From positions 1 to 64,000 of the forward strand of contig JAQGDQ010000884.1 in the NCBI GenBank assembly GCA_030141605.1: a stretch of 64,000 nucleotides of DNA. The letters run 5' to 3'. The DNA comes from Tubiluchus corallicola. Lineage: Eukaryota; Animalia; Priapulida. Below, in pieces: positions 40,651 through 64,000 of the stretch. Positions within the stretch are counted from its first letter, which is position 1. Each line of letters starts with the position of its first letter. The translations under genes and the position numbers were made by a program. Below the pieces are notes generated by a model. That model was given only the letters and a program-made list of their open reading frames with translations. It had not been told where the DNA came from and did not search any database.

Positions 40651-40827
40651 AGAGTAAACGTCATGTATGTATTTTTGATAGTTGGTGTATGAACGAATAG
40701 TTGTATGTATCTTTTATATATACATTAAAATGAAATGAACATAGATGAACATAATTGGTTTATGACTGCTGAATATGTGCCTATTGATCTGTCTTGTAGT
40801 TCAAGTTTGTAATGGTGTTTGTGTTAT

Positions 40828-40922
40828 GTTCTGCATTAAAAGCAATGCAAGCATTAGCAGCAGTGCAGCAGTTTGTTCTGCATTAAAAGCAATGCAAGCA
40901 TTAGCAGCAGTGCAGCAGTTTG
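40828..40922. repeat. 47-bp tandem duplication
   Basis: gttctgcattaaaagcaatgcaagcattagcagcagtgcagcagttt x2. Confidence 0.85.
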
Positions 40923-41115
40923 TAGTAAGCAGAAAGTGAAAAAGTGAAATTTTTTTATTTTTAAATTCAGTAGGTCGTGTAAAATAAAAAACATTGCAGT
41001 AAAGATGTAAAAGACACATTTCTTATATACGATTCTACCTTCTGATATCACTGTGCATGATCTTTAAGTGAGCTGGAAAAAAACAAAATTTTCGTGCAGT
41101 TGCAAGGCACTAGAA

Positions 41116-41597
41116 CAGGGGTGTGCAAGTTGCGGCCCGCCGAGAGAATTTGTGCGGCCCGCGAAAAGATTTGTCAACCTAATGAAAGTGCGGCCCGGGC
41201 GATTAATTGAGTGTATCCAGCTGAAGTCCGTGCCACGATCCCAAAGATAGTGCAGTTTTTTTTTCTACTAGATCAGATGTCATTAACCCTTACAAGATGG
41301 TTGTAGCTTAATGTCACTGTACTACACAGACTGTGTGATACACATTACTAATATGCATTGTAATGAAATTACCACTATCTGTCCTGAAAGTAGAAATATA
41401 TGGTTTGTAATATAAATTTTAATAACTTCTAAAATAGTTTCTTGAGTGTAGTAGTAATGATGTACTCAGGTCGGATGCAAAAAAAATCGTTGTTAGGCCT
41501 TTCTGTACTTGGCTCCTTGATCAAACTGCCTGTGGCCCACAGGAATTGTGGGAAAGTTTAATGTGGCCCGGCTAGTCAGATAATTTGCACACCCCTG
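41116..41597 (+). mobile_element. hAT/Charlie-like MITE, family A copy 3
   Basis: Perfect TIR caggggtgtgcaa / ttgcacacccctg and perfect 8-bp TSD cactagaa. Confidence 0.95.
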
Positions 41598-42441
41598 CAC
41601 TAGAAATATTAATATTTAGGCTTTTTACATATTTTCCTATTGCATTCATGTAAACATTAAAGACAGGAAATGATTTCACGCCTACACTGATTAAATAATG
41701 ATGATAACACAAGTATACAAGACAATAAACACCTGTATGCTGACATTCAACATATTCAGTCTATCTTTTAATTACCTGAGCGGGATGTTTGAAGCAAATA
41801 CCTTTTATGGCTGTTGGCGAGTTAAATATTAAATAGACAGTAGAAATTTGGAGCAGTAACGGGAAGTCGTGTTTACATTTGATTTATTACCTATAGCGAA
41901 ACGAAAAGTAACTGGAATTGCTACGTCAGGTGTTTTGATACTTAGATATTTATAATGTGAAAGCAATGACCATAAAAGGAACTGAATTTTGCCTTGCTAA
42001 ACCAGAGGTAGTGTGTGCAAATGGTATTGTAGTTCAGAATATAAATGAGAGTTCTCATACTAGTTTCTGAATATGGCAGTAGCATAAGAAAAGGTAAGAT
42101 ATGCTTTTGTTGAGGTAAATAAACGTAGATTAAAGAAATGATTCTGGATTTGTACTCGTAGTTTTGCATACGATAGTATTTCCATTTTGTTAGTTTTCAC
42201 TAGTGCAAACAAATTCAAAACACACAAAAGTCCTTGTCAACTAAGAGCAGAAGTTTATTTATCCAGACATTACGTTTTTGTTTAGATACAACTGAAATAT
42301 TTGCACGTATTTTTTATAAGATACAAGTGTTTAGTAGTTATATTAGTGGATTCATAACTACAGTTTTTATTACAAATTTTTCAGAACTACACCGATCCAG
42401 TTCTAAGATCCAATCCACAACATTTACTGGAGTTCAACAAA

Positions 42442-43173
42442 ATGGTAATTATCGATACTTACGTTTAAACCACTATAGTTTCACATAAGGAATTTTTATT
42501 GTATTAAAAATTATTTGGCTGCGTTTGTTGATAATAATCATAAAATTGAATGCGATTTTGTTTCTTATTTATAAATGGTTGCTTAATTTTTGCATTGTTT
42601 TCCTTCTAGTGGGTTAGCACACATCCAGAACCAGAAACAACTGTTCGTTCAAAACGCAAAAACTTTATGAGGTTGCTTGTTTGGTGTAGCCTATTTGGCG
42701 TCGTGTTGGGTGGTACGGCAATATCAGCTGGCTTTTGTTTCGGACAGGGGTTTCTCATAATTTGTGGCATTGTTATCATGGGACCTGTGACTTGCGTGTT
42801 CGTCTTCATTTTACTAGTGGTGAATAAAAGCTTATTGACAGATGTGGAAAATGTTTCACCTGAGCACAACACTTCTGAGCTGCCACCCCCTGGTTATAAC
42901 GATTGCGTCATAGAACAGGTGATAACGAATGTTGTAGAAAGTGTTGACGCATCAGCACTTGATAGCGACTCAACAAATATCCCAAACAGTGGTGCTTCGT
43001 TGACAGCAGCCGTGCATGTCAGTGACATATCAGGTGTTGGATTGGTAAAGCAACGTCCACGAGTGTTCCGTAAGGACAGGAAAAATGAGAGGGCCTCTTC
43101 TTGTTCATGTAAATCAGATGAAAGCAATCCACCTTCATATAGTTTGGTGCTTAAAAATGAGTATGTAATTTAG
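42442..43173 (+). CDS. Small membrane protein, two N-terminal TM helices and cytosolic tail with two PPxY motifs (about 188 aa)
   Basis: ATG at 42442-42444 followed directly by a gtaatt donor; ttttccttctag acceptor at 42609; phase-0 join gives M|WVSTHPEPETTVRSKRKNFMRLLVW..., in frame with ORF 42667-43173. Two hydrophobic stretches, PPPGY and PPSY. Confidence 0.75.
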
Positions 43174-43418
43174 GTGGAGTAGCTTTTGTGTTTGGTATTT
43201 GTATTGAGCTTAGGTGATGTAATAATTCTATGATTTTAGAACTTTCGGCAGCTAGAAACTTTAAACTTGCAGTACATTATTAACCATTAGTCAAACAAGG
43301 TATGTGTTACGATATATGACGTATGACGTCATGATCATGTGACTGAACAACAGTGGTTGGATTAAAATGATAAAAGCTGAATGACTTCGTTAAGCATTTC
43401 TTTTTGATTACGTTTGAG

Positions 43419-43540
43419 CATCACCCATTATTGCAACATCACTAGAGAGCATCACCCACAATCACAACATCACTAGAGAGCATCACCCACAATCGCAACA
43501 TCACTAGAGAGCATCACTCACAATCGCAACATCACTAGAA
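43419..43540. repeat. 31-bp tandem repeat, 4 copies
   Basis: catcacccacaatcacaacatcactagagag. Confidence 0.85.
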
Positions 43541-44559
43541 ACCAAATGCTGATCATGAAAAGATTTTGTGAGATTGTTTACTAGAAAAAAGTTGGCAATT
43601 TTCAATTTTTGCTGCAGAAATTTATCTGAAATGAGAAGAGAGAGTTACTTTACATTGTTACAATTACAACAGTTTTTACAGGGATGAGAATGGCCCCCAA
43701 TGGGGTTGAGGGGCAAAGTCCCATTGTAGCCAGCAACAAATTGCAATTTTGTGTCCATAGAGCTTCTAAGCGGACTATCAAGGATACATGGACACCTAAT
43801 TGTCTCAAAAACGCCTAAGTAGTGGCCACTCCTATGCAAAAGTATATAAAAACTGTCTGCAATTGACTCAAATAACTTTGCACAATTGATTCTATATTTT
43901 TATACATAGGGATATACACGTGGTCACACTGATGTACGTGATATAAACAAAGTGACGCCCTGCCAACTTGCGGTCAGCTTGTGAAATAATGTACAGGGTC
44001 CGTAAAAATTTTCTCAACGAATTTACGCGATTTAAAAAAATGGCACTACTGGTCTTCCAAAAACTCGGAATTCCGCGTATCCACGGACTATTCTCATCCC
44101 TGTTTTTATACTGTGTTAGCTTCATAACGATATATGTCCATGAAAAAACGCGGAAAATACTTCCAGTTATTAACTAAATTACGTTTACAGGCTATAGGTC
44201 AATGCGGTGGAAGTGTTACTGCCATTGCCATGTAGTTTAAAATAAGAGAATAGCGTTTACTAGCGTTTCCACATCAGTTGTGCAGTTTAACAGTCATTTT
44301 AAATTTTCTCAAGTGTATTCTAAAAATGATTATTATCACTTAACAACTGCTTTGTGCTAGAAGTATCCAACGCGCCTTGCATAAGGCGGCATCAAAAGCT
44401 ATCCGTATTGTATCACTCGCTTGATGTCAAGCGTTCATAATTCACAGACTTGGATGGATTTTGAGTGTTCTGCACAGTATTTTGTATAAGTGAGCTAGTG
44501 AAATTTCACTTCCCTATGATTAAAAACTCAGGTGCATATGGACTTATTTTAATTTAAAA

Positions 44560-45100
44560 CAAGATGTGGTCAAGAGATCTTACAAGCTGACCTGTCTGAA
44601 ATTGAGCGGTGGTGTGACAACTGGTAACGTAGTAAATGCAGCGCACTTCGTATTCGTTCTAATTCTGCAATACCTTATTATCTGAGAGATGGTGTTATTG
44701 AAGAAAAATCAGTTGTACGTTATTTAGGTGTATTAATCTCAAACAACCTGAAGTGGAAGTCACATATGGAGCATATTATTTCTCAGGCCAATAGACGCAT
44801 TGGAATGATAAAACGCTGCATTTCATCACGCAGTGCAAAAGTTATTGTACCTCTTTATAAAGCTGTAGTTAGACCAATATTTGAATATGCGTGCGTTGTT
44901 TGGTCACCACAGTATGTTACTCTTAAAAAATGCTTGAGAAAGAACTCAATGCAGATGTATTAGTCCGGCCTCTGATATTCAACCTGTCTCTGTATCTTCT
45001 CTTGAACAACGCCGTGATACTATAGATGTTATTAACTGTTATAAAGTAATTTGTGGTAGTTATATTTTGCGCAACAGCAATTTTTTCTAAGGCACAAAAC
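44560..45100 (+). mobile_element. Decayed CR1/L2-group LINE RT C-terminal fragment
   Basis: LQADLSEIERWCDNW, YLGVLISNNLKWKSH, LYKAVVRPIFEYACVVWSP, SLEQRR; frameshifted. Confidence 0.8.
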
Positions 45101-45887
45101 TGTCCATAAAAACTTAAAAATAGAGTATTAAGTCAGTATATTAATGTAACTTTGGCTTGAAAAGACATTGTTTAATGGAAATTGTTCATAATTACCAGTG
45201 CTATCAAGTCATAATTATTATCGTTTTCGTTTAATAATTCAGTCTGTTCAGTCTAGCTTTTGTAGATCGATACAAACTGGGTTTTGCTGGGTGTTGTAAA
45301 TATGTTCACATTTAGAAATCTGCCATAAACAATCAAATAAATATAACGTAGCTATGCTGTTGTGCTGTTTCATATTATTTAATACCAATAATTTAAAAGT
45401 ACAGTAAATACTTTACATTATTGTAAATCCACCCTGATTTAAATGTAAATCTAGCCATTTTTGAAATTTAATGCTAAACGACTCTGACAAATTTAATCCA
45501 ACTCAGATTGACCTATCATTAACAAGTCAAACATAAACATATTTAAACTTTCAAGTTAAACTATCTAACTCTGCTGACCACTGAAGGCAAAAACTGAACC
45601 AATAATAGCCATAATTTACACAACAAATATAAGAACTATGCATCACACAGCTAATAAAATACGTATGACATAAATAACACAAGTTGAACTTATCACATAT
45701 TGAAATATGTAGCTCAAAACTTTCTACACTACAATCCACAGAGAGAGTTGACTATTTAGTAAAACCTATAGAGCTTTATACATTAACTTGCTGATTTCAT
45801 AATAATTGCTTGTTTGACTCAGTGCATAACGACGCATTTTTAGCACAATAATTTCTGCCACTGCATGTTTTTTGATACAGAAATACA

Positions 45888-63389
<17,502 letters not shown>

Positions 63390-63564
63390 CTGCAGAGTAA
63401 AATTATAACAGTTTAATTATAACTTGTTAATTATCATACAATATGTATATAATACATATTTGTACAATAATAATATTATATGTTATGGATAATGATGTTA
63501 CATATATATAAATTCACAATATTACTTTTTACATATAATAAATATTGTATTTGTAATATAACTA

Positions 63565-63896
63565 CAGTCGACCCTCGTTAAACTGGACCCCATTAGCCCG
63601 GATATCGGATAAGACGGACGTCATCAGTGGTAAAATAAACTGACCGATTTCCGTCCGAGCCCGAGCGCTAAACACAACACGGCCTACCAACTGTACAATA
63701 ATTTCTTTATCCTCACAGGTTAACTATTTTAAAGTAATATACAGCATAGTATATAGCGCAATGTATATAGGCCTTATTAAGGTGATTATTCCTGTATGAT
63801 ATTGACCATATATAGGCATATCGGATAAATCGGACAATCGGCTAAACCGGACCACCCCCACCCCCCCAATTAGTCCGGTTTAACGAGGGTTGACTG
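63565..63896. mobile_element. pogo/Tigger-like MITE
   Basis: TA|cagtcgaccctcgttaaactggac ... gtccggtttaacgagggttgactg|TA; about 24-bp TIR with 2 mismatches. Confidence 0.9.
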
Positions 63897-64000
63897 TATA
63901 CATATAATAATATACTAGTCTGACATAATAGTAGGAGTCTTCTAACTTCGTGACAATAGCAAAATATATACCTCACAAAATTTGGAATCCTGAGAGAAAT

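Overview
AT-rich, intron- and repeat-rich eukaryotic (metazoan, probably invertebrate) genomic DNA; nothing prokaryotic. Four protein-coding loci were reconstructed by hand from GT-AG sites and frame/phase checks. (1) The 5' coding exons of a JARID2/Jumonji orthologue (- strand, running off the left edge). (2) Two tandem, intact 7-coding-exon class I SAM-dependent methyltransferases (Methyltransf_11 / DDB_G0268948-Tmt1-like, + strand, 287 and 284 aa). (3) A small two-TM protein with PPxY motifs (+). (4) The 3' two thirds of a type I fatty acid synthase, DH-pseudoMT-ER-KR-ACP-TE (- strand, 5' part off the right edge). Introns and spacers hold non-LTR retroelements (CR1-like with PHD ORF1, a young L2/Crack-like RT copy, an RTE-like 5' fragment, a tRNA-SINE), many TIR MITEs with visible TSDs (hAT, pogo/Tigger, piggyBac-like, Kolobok-like) and at least ten unrelated minisatellite arrays. 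The most speculative lead is the clustering of a FAS with a dead MT domain next to duplicated stand-alone small-molecule methyltransferases. Family assignments are from recalled motifs, not database searches.
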